A DNA stretch of 44,646 bases from a virus (Duplodnaviria > Caudoviricetes). The DNA lies in IMG/VR virus record IMGVR_UViG_3300033485_000302, positions 1-44,646 of that record; one strand, 5' to 3'. Below, in pieces: positions 7,987-16,487 of this stretch. The notes under the pieces were generated by a model, which was not told the origin of the DNA, searched no databases, and saw nothing but the letters and a program-made list of their open reading frames with translations. The position numbers were made by a program, and so were the translations under genes. Position 1 is the stretch's first letter; every line of letters starts with the position of its first letter.

Positions 7987-10368
7987 ATGGCATTTAACTA
8001 TAACGCAAATACCAAATCATACTCATATATCCCAAAGGATAACCCGAAGGACAGGGTTGAAATTGAAATCGGGGACGCATTAGACTCGTCAGCCTTCTTT
8101 CCGCAGGTGAAGATTAAACGCTGGGATAATGAGGTCAATTCGTCAATCCGCCTTAACTATGCCAACATCCCCGGAAGCGTCAGTTATTCCGATGACGGTA
8201 CGACTATCACTTGGCAGAAAGGTCAATGGATTGCCAAGTTCTACCACAGGGACGACTTGTCTGAAGGCGGTTTTGAATTTGAAATCCATATACCCAAAAA
8301 GCCTCCGATAAACTATCTTGAGTTTACAGTCAACATTAAAGACTTGGATTGGTTCTATCAACCCGCATTAACCCAACAGGAAATAGACGAGGGAGCAGTC
8401 AGACCTGATAACGTAGTCGGCTCTTATGCGGTCTACCACAAGACTAAAGGCGGGATGAACGACAGCGCAGGGATGGAATATAAAGTCGGTAAGGCTTTCC
8501 ATGTCTACAGACCTCATGTAGTTGACGCAAATGGCAGTGAAACATGGGGAGAGTGGAGCTTAAACTTACAGACAGGAATTTTAACCCTAACTGTAGACCA
8601 GACATGGCTGAATAATGCGGTCTATCCGGTAATTGTTGATCCGACATTTGGGTATACAGGTTTAGGAGCTTCAGGTGCTACTATTGAAAATTTTATTTCT
8701 TTTGATTATTATGCTGCTCCTCAAAATGGAAGCGTAACACAAATGTCAGCAGGAACATATAGTTCAGATGGTGCTTCCAAGAAATCAAAATGTGCTTTAT
8801 ATCAATATGTATCTACTTCAAATGTAGGTAGTATTTTGGATTCATCAGATGAAATTTCTATAACAAATACTACTGCATTAACATTTAATGATTATCCAAA
8901 TGTAAATGTAGAAATTACAGCTACAACAAATTATTATTTATGTGTATTTGGTGAAACATCTACAGCTAATCATTATTGCGCTTTTGATGATGATAATGTA
9001 GATGATTATGGGTTTGCTGCTGCTACTTATCCTACTTTTCCTGATCCAATTACTGGTGAAAGCAACCCTTCAGGTGAAAGGCAGTATTCCATCTACGCCA
9101 CCTATACAGCAGCAGGTTCTTTTTCTCCATCTCTTAGTCCTTCCTTCTCACCAAGTGTCAGCCCTTCGGTTAGTCTTTCACCATCTCTAAGCCCCTCATT
9201 ATCACCTAGCCTTTCACCTTCAGTTAGCCCTAGTGTATCTTTGTCACCCAGTCTTAGTCCCAGCTTCAGTCCTTCTGTTTCACCTTCGGTATCTATTAGT
9301 CCTTCTTTTAGTCCCAGTATCAGTCCTTCTGTATCGCCCAGTGTGTCAATTTCACCTAGCTTATCTCCCTCGATAAGCCCAAGTGTTTCACCTAGCGTAT
9401 CAATATCTCCATCTATCTCTCCTTCACTAAGCCCATCTCTTAGTCCTAGTTTATCACCTAGTTTTTCACCCTCTCTTAGTCCTAGTATATCGCCCAGCGT
9501 ATCACCTTCAGTATCTATCAGTCCTAGCTTTTCACCAAGCCTGAGTCCAAGTATCTCACCTTCAACTTCACCCAGCGTTTCTATCTCACCATCAATTAGT
9601 CCAAGCCTTAGTCCGTCCATAAGCCCTAGCGTGTCACCAAGTGTTTCTATTTCACCCAGTATCTCACCCTCGGTTTCACCCAGCCTTAGTCCATCTATAA
9701 GCCCCAGTATCTCACCCTCAGTTTCGCCATCAGTTTCTATCAGTCCTAGTTTAAGCCCCAGCCTTAGTCCCAGCATATCGCCTTCATTTAGTCCTAGCCT
9801 GTCACCCAGTCTTAGTCCATCAATCTCACCTAGCTTTTCACCAAGCCTGTCACCCTCAATCAGTCCCTCTTTGTCACCCAGCCTTAGTCCTTCTGTTTCA
9901 CCATCAGTCTCAATATCGCCATCGGTTAGCCCTTCGATAAGTCCCAGCGTGTCACCTAGTGTCGGATATTCCCTTTATACAAGAGGGGATTATGCAACCT
10001 TACCTACAACTGACGGTGCTTTGGAAACAGCTTATTCTGCTTCAGATGTAACTAACGTATCTACCAAAAACGATGTCAGGGTTTCCCAAACCGCAACCAG
10101 CCAGTATGCTATCCATCAGTTTAAGGATTATGTGGGGTCAAGCGCCAACTGTACTTTGGAGTGGGAAGGGCAGACAGATTACGCCCCCTCAGCTTCTACA
10201 GTTTATTTACAGATATACAACCAGACAACTGACGCATGGACGACTGTGGACAGCGATAATGCTTCGGCTGCTGATACTGATTTTACTTTAACGGCAGATA
10301 TAGCTGATTTAACCAATTATAAAGACGGGCAGGATTTAATTTCCTGTCGGGTTTATCAGGACGGATAA
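7987..10368 (+). CDS. Virion structural protein with ~280 aa Ser-Pro repeat stalk
   Basis: N-terminal domain ending YPVIVDPTFG, beta-rich middle, SPSX tract, C-terminal beta domain. Start placed at ATG 7987 after the leader element. Confidence 0.75.
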   Translation: MAFNYNANTKSYSYIPKDNPKDRVEIEIGDALDSSAFFPQVKIKRWDNEVNSSIRLNYANIPGSVSYSDDGTTITWQKGQWIAKFYHRDDLSEGGFEFEIHIPKKPPINYLEFTVNIKDLDWFYQPALTQQEIDEGAVRPDNVVGSYAVYHKTKGGMNDSAGMEYKVGKAFHVYRPHVVDANGSETWGEWSLNLQTGILTLTVDQTWLNNAVYPVIVDPTFGYTGLGASGATIENFISFDYYAAPQNGSVTQMSAGTYSSDGASKKSKCALYQYVSTSNVGSILDSSDEISITNTTALTFNDYPNVNVEITATTNYYLCVFGETSTANHYCAFDDDNVDDYGFAAATYPTFPDPITGESNPSGERQYSIYATYTAAGSFSPSLSPSFSPSVSPSVSLSPSLSPSLSPSLSPSVSPSVSLSPSLSPSFSPSVSPSVSISPSFSPSISPSVSPSVSISPSLSPSISPSVSPSVSISPSISPSLSPSLSPSLSPSFSPSLSPSISPSVSPSVSISPSFSPSLSPSISPSTSPSVSISPSISPSLSPSISPSVSPSVSISPSISPSVSPSLSPSISPSISPSVSPSVSISPSLSPSLSPSISPSFSPSLSPSLSPSISPSFSPSLSPSISPSLSPSLSPSVSPSVSISPSVSPSISPSVSPSVGYSLYTRGDYATLPTTDGALETAYSASDVTNVSTKNDVRVSQTATSQYAIHQFKDYVGSSANCTLEWEGQTDYAPSASTVYLQIYNQTTDAWTTVDSDNASAADTDFTLTADIADLTNYKDGQDLISCRVYQDG
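9118..9960 (+). repeat. (Ser-Pro-Ser-[LVIFT])n coding repeat
   Basis: 12-nt periodic degenerate repeat encoding ~281 aa. Confidence 0.95.
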
Positions 10369-10369
10369 T

Positions 10370-11956
10370 ATGGCAGTAGTTGCATCAGGTGGAACAGAAA
10401 TAACAGCTAATGGATATAAATACCATAAGTTTACTTCTGGTGCTAATTTTGTAGTTTCAACAGGTGGTGACGTTGATGTTTTAGTGGTGGCCGGTGGTGG
10501 AGCAGGTGGTGGACGAAACGGGGGTGGCGGTGGAGGAGCTGGTGGTGTTCTTTATGAAACTGGACATACTGTTACAGCTCAAACTTATGCTATTACCGTT
10601 GGTAATGGAGGAACAGGAGCCAGTGGTGATCCGGCTAATGGAGGAAATGGCGCAAATTCTGTTTTTGACGATATAACTGCAACTGGCGGTGGAGGTGGTG
10701 GAGGCGGTGGAAGTACCGGAACAGCATCAAACGGTGGGTCAGGTGGCGGATGTGGAGTATTACGGACAGGTTATTACGGAACAGGAACGTCTGGACAAGG
10801 AAATGATGGTGGAGACACGACTATGCCTTCCCCTTATCCTTCAGGCGGTGGCGGTGGTAAAGGTGCAGTTGGTGGAGCCGGAAGCGGAAGCCAATCAGGT
10901 AGCGGTGGAGCTGGGTCAAGCGCATATTCTTCCTTGTTACAAGATGCTTCAGCCGGAGAAAATGTTGGTGGAACATATTATATAGCCGGTGGTGGTGGTG
11001 GTGGTGGGACAGTGCAAGGAGCATTACCCGGAACAGGAGGTAACGGTGGTGGTGGAGATGGTCATGGAGACGATAGCACTAGTGAGGCAGGAACAGCAAA
11101 TACAGGCGGTGGCGGTGGAGGAACAGGAAGCAATATAGCAATCGCTGGTGGAAATGGTGGATCAGGAATTGTAATTATCAGATATTTAGCTGGTAGCACT
11201 TCCCCTTCAGTATCACCATCTTCCAGTGTCAGCCCATCATCAAGCGTTAGCCCTTCCTCAAGCGTTTCACCTTCGGTATCATTATCCCCATCCCTAAGTC
11301 CTAGCTTGTCACCCTCTTTTTCACCTAGTATTAGCCCATCAGTTAGTGTTAGTCCTTCGGTATCATTGTCACCTAGTTTATCTCCTAGCCTTAGCCCATC
11401 ATTAAGCCCCTCTTTTTCACCTTCGGTAAGTCCTAGTGTTAGCCTAAGTCCTAGCTTGTCACCATCATTATCTCCTAGCTTGTCACCATCATTAAGTCCT
11501 TCCCTAAGTCCCTCAATATCACTTAGTCCCTCTTTAAGCCCGTCATTATCACCTAGTCTTAGTCCCTCAGTAAGCCTCAGTCCCAGTCTTAGTCCCTCAT
11601 TATCACCATCCTTAAGTCCTTCATTGTCTCCATCCGTATCGCCATCGGTGTCACTTAGTCCGTCTAAAAGTCCTTCCCTAAGTCCTTCACTTTCTCCCAG
11701 CGTGGGAATAATTACGCTTCAAACTGACTACTGGAAAGTAACCTTGCCTTCATATACCGAAGCCACAACCCTTTACAAGATTATTGAGGAAGATGAGGGA
11801 TTGTCTATTAGACTTGGCAAGGGAATAATACCAGTCTGGAATACTCAGGGCAGACCCACAGGCAAGACAGGGTTAATAGGCGGTAATTCAACAACAAATA
11901 AGATTGAGTGGTATAACGGAAGCGCATGGAAGAACGCTGACGGAACTGCTGTCTAA
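10370..11956 (+). CDS. Glycine-rich tail/virion protein with Ser-Pro repeat
   Basis: YKYHKFTSG..VLVVAGGG...GGNGGSGIVIIRY glycine-rich domain typical of phage fibre proteins, followed by an SPSX tract. Confidence 0.8.
   Translation: MAVVASGGTEITANGYKYHKFTSGANFVVSTGGDVDVLVVAGGGAGGGRNGGGGGGAGGVLYETGHTVTAQTYAITVGNGGTGASGDPANGGNGANSVFDDITATGGGGGGGGGSTGTASNGGSGGGCGVLRTGYYGTGTSGQGNDGGDTTMPSPYPSGGGGGKGAVGGAGSGSQSGSGGAGSSAYSSLLQDASAGENVGGTYYIAGGGGGGGTVQGALPGTGGNGGGGDGHGDDSTSEAGTANTGGGGGGTGSNIAIAGGNGGSGIVIIRYLAGSTSPSVSPSSSVSPSSSVSPSSSVSPSVSLSPSLSPSLSPSFSPSISPSVSVSPSVSLSPSLSPSLSPSLSPSFSPSVSPSVSLSPSLSPSLSPSLSPSLSPSLSPSISLSPSLSPSLSPSLSPSVSLSPSLSPSLSPSLSPSLSPSVSPSVSLSPSKSPSLSPSLSPSVGIITLQTDYWKVTLPSYTEATTLYKIIEEDEGLSIRLGKGIIPVWNTQGRPTGKTGLIGGNSTTNKIEWYNGSAWKNADGTAV
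11201..11701 (+). repeat. (Ser-Pro-Ser-X)n coding repeat
   Basis: ~167 aa SPSL/SPSV/SPSS tract. Confidence 0.95.
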
Positions 11957-11958
11957 AG

Positions 11959-12038
11959 TTGACGCTGTTAAATCTTTGATATATAAGGTAATTGCTTTTC
12001 AATAAAATTATTGCAGGCACCCGTGGGTGCTTTTTTTT
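11959..12038 (+). promoter_or_regulatory. Repeated leader element copy 2
   Basis: TTGACG-17-TATAAG-GTAAT; CAATAA..TTATTG; CAG; GCACCC..GGGTGC; T8; ATG 12039. Confidence 0.75.
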
Positions 12039-12049
12039 ATGGAGAAATA

Positions 12050-12625
12050 ATGATTGCGAGAATGGCTTTTAAAATTGGTCATATACCATGGAATAAGGGA
12101 AAAAAAGTTAATATAAAACACGATAAACAGTTTAAAAAGGGCATGATTCCTTGGAATAAAGGGTTAAAAGCAAAGGATGATATAAGAATAAAAAAAATTG
12201 TTGAAGCGGCTCATAGAGCCACTAAAGGAAAACCAAGTAAGAATAGGGGAAAGAAAATAACTTTTAGACATGGGATGTTGGGAAAACATCACTCTGAAGA
12301 ATCTAAAGAAAAAATGAGGAAGCCGCATTATAAAGCAAGAGGAATAAATAACTGGAAATGGAAAGGTGGAACTGGAACAGAAAGACATCAGTTAATGGGT
12401 AAATATGAATATATTAAATGGAGAAGTATGGTTTTTGAAAGGGATAACTATACTTGTCAAGATTGCGGAGTAAAAGGAGTTTATCTTATGGCGCATCATA
12501 AAAAACCATGGACTGAATATCCAGAATTAAGATATGAATTAATAAACGGAATTACTTATTGTAAAGACTGTCATGCTAAAAATGATAAATATTATTCAAG
12601 ATTTTACCAAAGGAGTATAGTTTGA
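12050..12625 (+). CDS. HNH homing endonuclease with NUMOD3-like repeats
   Basis: FK.G.IPWNKG repeats, GKHHSEESKEKMR, VFERDNYTCQDC..AHHKKPW..NGITYCKDCH; AT-rich; GGAG SD. Confidence 0.9.
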   Translation: MIARMAFKIGHIPWNKGKKVNIKHDKQFKKGMIPWNKGLKAKDDIRIKKIVEAAHRATKGKPSKNRGKKITFRHGMLGKHHSEESKEKMRKPHYKARGINNWKWKGGTGTERHQLMGKYEYIKWRSMVFERDNYTCQDCGVKGVYLMAHHKKPWTEYPELRYELINGITYCKDCHAKNDKYYSRFYQRSIV

Positions 12626-13326
12626 GCACTAACTTACAAATAGCAGTGTCGGAAGTATTGGAGATCATGTCAGATCTTCGCGGTGAATCGTCCACCAATA
12701 CTGACGCAATCAGAATAAGAGCTGTATCACGAGCTAATCAGGACTTTGCCCGCAGGCGTTTCTGGAGGTTCTACCGCCTAGACGACCAGACACAGGTAGG
12801 GGACGGGACTAAAAACTATACTATCGGGTCAGCTACTTATCCAATGCGGATGAAAGGCCTGACTGAGGTATTTGTAGATACGACTACAGATACGGACAAA
12901 ACTACCGAAGTAGACAGGTATTCCATAGTTGACTTTAATTCCTACAAGAACTTGTTTAATCAGGATAACACAGCACAAATAGTTTATGAGTGGTTTGATA
13001 CCGCCAATGACCTGTGGAAAATGCACATTAACCCCGCTCCGGCAGCTACAGACACCATAACTTATTCATATTACTGGGAACCGCCTGAGAAAACCGCTAC
13101 AACTGACGAAATCATCTGCCCGGACATCCAGATTGTAGCCCGTTTAGCCTTAGGTGAGATATACGAGGGCGAGGATGAACAGGACTTAGCTGACAAGCAG
13201 AAAAACGTAGCCGAACAGCTAATTAACGAATATATATCCAAAGACAATGCCCCGGCAGTAAACCAGACTTACAGCATGGGCGCAATAGAAAACGTAACAA
13301 GTACAAACGGGTTTGGAACTTATTAG
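12622..13326 (+). CDS. Putative head-tail adaptor (tail tubular protein A-like)
   Basis: Size, helical N-terminus, W.FY, INPAP..T.TYSY motif, and position before the nozzle-like gene; TTG start. Confidence 0.6.
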   Translation: MSTNLQIAVSEVLEIMSDLRGESSTNTDAIRIRAVSRANQDFARRRFWRFYRLDDQTQVGDGTKNYTIGSATYPMRMKGLTEVFVDTTTDTDKTTEVDRYSIVDFNSYKNLFNQDNTAQIVYEWFDTANDLWKMHINPAPAATDTITYSYYWEPPEKTATTDEIICPDIQIVARLALGEIYEGEDEQDLADKQKNVAEQLINEYISKDNAPAVNQTYSMGAIENVTSTNGFGTY

Positions 13327-13327
13327 T

Positions 13328-15637
13328 ATGACAAGGTACTATGCACCGCCTAAAACCAAAGAAAAACTTTACATTTCAAAACAGGACAAATGGATCAGGG
13401 GCCTGAATACCCTTGTATCTAATACTCAAATCCGTCCTGACGAACTCTCCGAAGCCACAGATATCCAGTTAGTTGAGGATGGCAAAATCCAATGTCCCCG
13501 TGACGGGCAGGCGTATTACGGCAACACTTCCGGCAACCGTGTCACCGGCATATTTGCCTATTACAAGTCAGACGGGACTAAGGAACTTTTAAGGGTCGCC
13601 CAGTCATATTTGCAGAAATACAATACAACCACGGAAGATTGGGATAATGTCAGCGGGACTACTTTTTCGGTAACGTCAGCTTCTCCGTCAGTTTCACCCA
13701 GCCCATCGGTGTCTCCCAGCTCGTCAACTTCGCCCAGCGTGTCTAAAAGCCCTTCGTTTTCCCCGTCAGTTAGCCCGTCTGTCTCTATCAGTCCCTCTAT
13801 CAGCCCATCGGTCAGCCCCAGCGTTTCCATATCTCCATCCATTTCACCATCGACTAGCCCCAGTGTTTCTTTAAGCCCCAGTTTATCACCTTCTGTTTCA
13901 CCTTCGGTATCGGTTAGCCCTAGTGTTTCTTTAAGCCCGTCTGTATCTCCCTCAGTCAGCCCGTCTGTCTCTATCAGCCCTTCAAAGTCTTCCTCAGTCA
14001 GTCCCAGTTCTTCAGTCAGCCCTTCAATATCGCCCAGTTATGCCAACTCCCTTAACACTAACGGGGTAATGGCATATGACAGGCTGTATCTGCAGAACGG
14101 GACTGATCCTTTGTGTTACTATGATGGCAGTTCCATAGTTACCTTTACTTCCATACTTGCCCCGACCAGCCCGACAGCAACCAGAACCGGGGGATCTGCC
14201 GGAACATACACCTATTCGTACAAGGTAACGGCAGTAACGGCAGTCGGGGAGACCGATCCGTCCATTACCGCCTCTACAACGGCTGATTTTGCACCGGATA
14301 ACATGGACGCCACCCATTATATAACAGTAGGCTGGACAGCCTCGGCTAATGCTATCGGGTACAACATATATGGCCGGACAGACGGTTATTGGAGATTCTT
14401 ATACTATGCCGAAGGCCAAACAACAGCCTCATGGGTGGATGACGGGTCTTTTGATGAATCTGAAGTGTTTACGCCACCGACAGCCAATAATACTGCCGGA
14501 CCGACAGGGAAGTACATAGCTTTGTATAAGGACTCCCTGTTTGTATATGGCGATCCCGATAACCCGTCCAGACTTTTCTACTCAGGTGGCGGGGACCGGG
14601 TCAATGATTTCTCGGTTTCCAATGGCGGGGGTTTTATTGACGTATCTAAGAACGATGGTCAGATGGGTACGGGGCTGATTATATTTAAGAACACCCTGTT
14701 ATGTTTTAAGGAAGATTCCATTTACCAGTTTGAATTTACAACCGCAGGTTTACCCCAAGTTACCCAAGTTAATGCTGCCGTAGGCTGTATTGCCCCCCGG
14801 TCAATAGTGGCTGTGGAAAACGATGTATTCTTTGCTTCAAGGCGGGGGATATTTTCTATCGGCAACGAACCCGGATTTGCTTTTGACGTACTGAGAACCA
14901 ATGAGATATCCGCAAGGGTCAGAAGCATATTCCAGTCTATCGAATCTGAGTATGTAGGCAATATTGCAGCCGTTTACGCTACCAAAGCCAATGTCAATTT
15001 AGTAATATTCGCTTATACCCCGTCAGGGTCATCAACTAACGGGGAAGCTCTGGTTTATGACCGGGAAAGACTGGCATGGGTCAAGTGGACTAACATCAGG
15101 GCTAACTGCTGGGTCAACTATATTGACACTACCGGAACAGTCAGGGTTATTTACGGGGATGACGCCAGTGGTTACTGCAAAGAAATCCTAACCGGAGATG
15201 ATGATTTCGGGTCAGGAATCCCCGGAAGGTTTACGCTTCGGGCTGAGGAGTTTAAGGAAGGGCTGGACCGCTACAAGAAACTGAAAGACGTTTCACTGGT
15301 ACTCAGGGAGCCAACGGGGTCAGTTACCATGTCGGTTATCAAAGACGGAACGGAAACCTCGCTTACCATGAACGTATCAACTGTGGCTCCGGCTATAAAC
15401 TTCGGACACTACATTTTTGCGCTGTTTCAGTTTGCGGATTCCTACGGAACAGGGGCGGTAACTTCCTCGGATGACAACGTGCTTCGGACTAAACGCAACC
15501 TCAACCTTGAGGGTAGGAGCTTCATGTTATCCTTTACTAACGGCAGCTCCGGGGCTTCTTTCACGCTACTTCAGACAACCATGACAGCCAAGATGAGGGC
15601 ATTTAAGTACAGAAAGAGTACTGATATTATTTCGTAA
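13328..15637 (+). CDS. Putative tail nozzle / DNA stabilization protein (P22 gp10 / T7 gp12-like) with Ser-Pro insertion
   Basis: GLNT..QI..E..ATDI N-terminus, SRLFYSG, FKEDSIY, VGCIAPRSI..VFFAS..GIF beta-propeller motifs; start at ATG 13328. Confidence 0.7.
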   Translation: MTRYYAPPKTKEKLYISKQDKWIRGLNTLVSNTQIRPDELSEATDIQLVEDGKIQCPRDGQAYYGNTSGNRVTGIFAYYKSDGTKELLRVAQSYLQKYNTTTEDWDNVSGTTFSVTSASPSVSPSPSVSPSSSTSPSVSKSPSFSPSVSPSVSISPSISPSVSPSVSISPSISPSTSPSVSLSPSLSPSVSPSVSVSPSVSLSPSVSPSVSPSVSISPSKSSSVSPSSSVSPSISPSYANSLNTNGVMAYDRLYLQNGTDPLCYYDGSSIVTFTSILAPTSPTATRTGGSAGTYTYSYKVTAVTAVGETDPSITASTTADFAPDNMDATHYITVGWTASANAIGYNIYGRTDGYWRFLYYAEGQTTASWVDDGSFDESEVFTPPTANNTAGPTGKYIALYKDSLFVYGDPDNPSRLFYSGGGDRVNDFSVSNGGGFIDVSKNDGQMGTGLIIFKNTLLCFKEDSIYQFEFTTAGLPQVTQVNAAVGCIAPRSIVAVENDVFFASRRGIFSIGNEPGFAFDVLRTNEISARVRSIFQSIESEYVGNIAAVYATKANVNLVIFAYTPSGSSTNGEALVYDRERLAWVKWTNIRANCWVNYIDTTGTVRVIYGDDASGYCKEILTGDDDFGSGIPGRFTLRAEEFKEGLDRYKKLKDVSLVLREPTGSVTMSVIKDGTETSLTMNVSTVAPAINFGHYIFALFQFADSYGTGAVTSSDDNVLRTKRNLNLEGRSFMLSFTNGSSGASFTLLQTTMTAKMRAFKYRKSTDIIS
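13682..14038 (+). repeat. (Ser-Pro-Ser-X)n coding repeat inside nozzle-like protein
   Basis: ~119 aa tract. Confidence 0.95.
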
Positions 15638-15638
15638 T

Positions 15639-15720
15639 TTGACTTAGTAGTTTTTTTGTTATATAAGCTAAACTAGCTATTCGATTAATTGAATCGCAGG
15701 CACCGAAAGGTGTCTTTTTT
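15639..15720 (+). promoter_or_regulatory. Repeated leader element copy 3
   Basis: TTGACT-17-TATAAG; CGATT..AATCG; CAG; GCACC-GAAA-GGTGT; CT6. Confidence 0.75.
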
Positions 15721-15734
15721 AATGGGAGAAACAT

Positions 15735-16364
15735 ATGGCAAACGCAGTTTATCTTGAAGGTGGATCATCTAAAAATGCAACAGCAGCTAAGACGCTGTAT
15801 CTTGCTAATTCCTACGGTATTATCAACAGCGTTTCCCTAAACACCAACGGTGCGACAGTCACTCTTTACGACAACACTTCAGCTACAGGCACTTCGCTTG
15901 GAGTTATAGCGACTGACGCCCCTGAGGGAATTTATTTAGAGGGTGTTCCTTTCCGTGTAGGACTTACAGCAGTTATTGGCGGGACTTGTGATGTAACTAT
16001 TACTTGGACAGCCGGAAACTCGACACAAGTTGTGAGTTCAGTCAGCCCGTCATTGTCACCATCATTATCACCATCTATAAGTCCATCAACTAGTCCATCG
16101 GTTTCACTGAGCCCGTCATTTAGCCCATCGGTGTCACCGAGCGTTTCACTGAGCCCATCGGTATCACCTTCAGTGAGTCCTTCAGTTTCGTTGAGTCCAT
16201 CACTGAGCCCGTCACTAAGTCCCTCACTGAGCCCGTCACTGAGCCCGTCACTGAGCCCGTCTCTGAGTCCTTCAGTGAGCCCTAGTGTAAGCTTATCACC
16301 ATCGTTAAGTCCGTCAATAAGTCCGTCATATAGTCCGTCACCGTCACCATCAAGTGATATGTAA
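15735..16364 (+). CDS. Small beta-sandwich virion protein with C-terminal Ser-Pro tail (candidate decoration protein)
   Basis: TLYDNTSATGT...F..GL..V...DVTITW domain followed by a ~107 aa SPSX tail; GGAG SD. Confidence 0.7.
   Translation: MANAVYLEGGSSKNATAAKTLYLANSYGIINSVSLNTNGATVTLYDNTSATGTSLGVIATDAPEGIYLEGVPFRVGLTAVIGGTCDVTITWTAGNSTQVVSSVSPSLSPSLSPSISPSTSPSVSLSPSFSPSVSPSVSLSPSVSPSVSPSVSLSPSLSPSLSPSLSPSLSPSLSPSLSPSVSPSVSLSPSLSPSISPSYSPSPSPSSDM
16035..16355 (+). repeat. (Ser-Pro-Ser-X)n coding repeat
   Basis: Includes near-exact CTGAGCCCGTCA tandem copies at 16227-16262. Confidence 0.95.
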
Positions 16365-16372
16365 GGAAATAT

Positions 16373-16486
16373 ATGCCTTATAAAAGCGAGAAGTAGCGAA
16401 GATTTATGCACGCAAAGCATCCCAAGATTGCAAAGAAATGGGATAAAAAATACGGATCAAAAGTAGTTAAAAAAAGGAACAGATAA
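16373..16486 (+). pseudogene. Small basic phage protein (MPxKSEKQRR-type) interrupted by TAG at codon 8
   Basis: MPYKSEK*RRFMHAKHPKIAKKWDKKYGSKVVKKRNR; fills the intergenic gap exactly; TAAGGA upstream. Confidence 0.6.
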
Positions 16487-16487
16487 T

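Noticed and set aside
9102-9776. Minus-strand Gly/Leu/Glu/Asp-repeat ORFs (also 13561..13842 and 15932..16420)
   Set aside because: Antisense shadows of the Ser-Pro repeats; no independent start signals.
9118-9960. Possible CRISPR array or DGR-type repeats
   Set aside because: Degenerate 12-nt coding periodicity, no constant repeat with unique spacers; no cas or reverse transcriptase gene.
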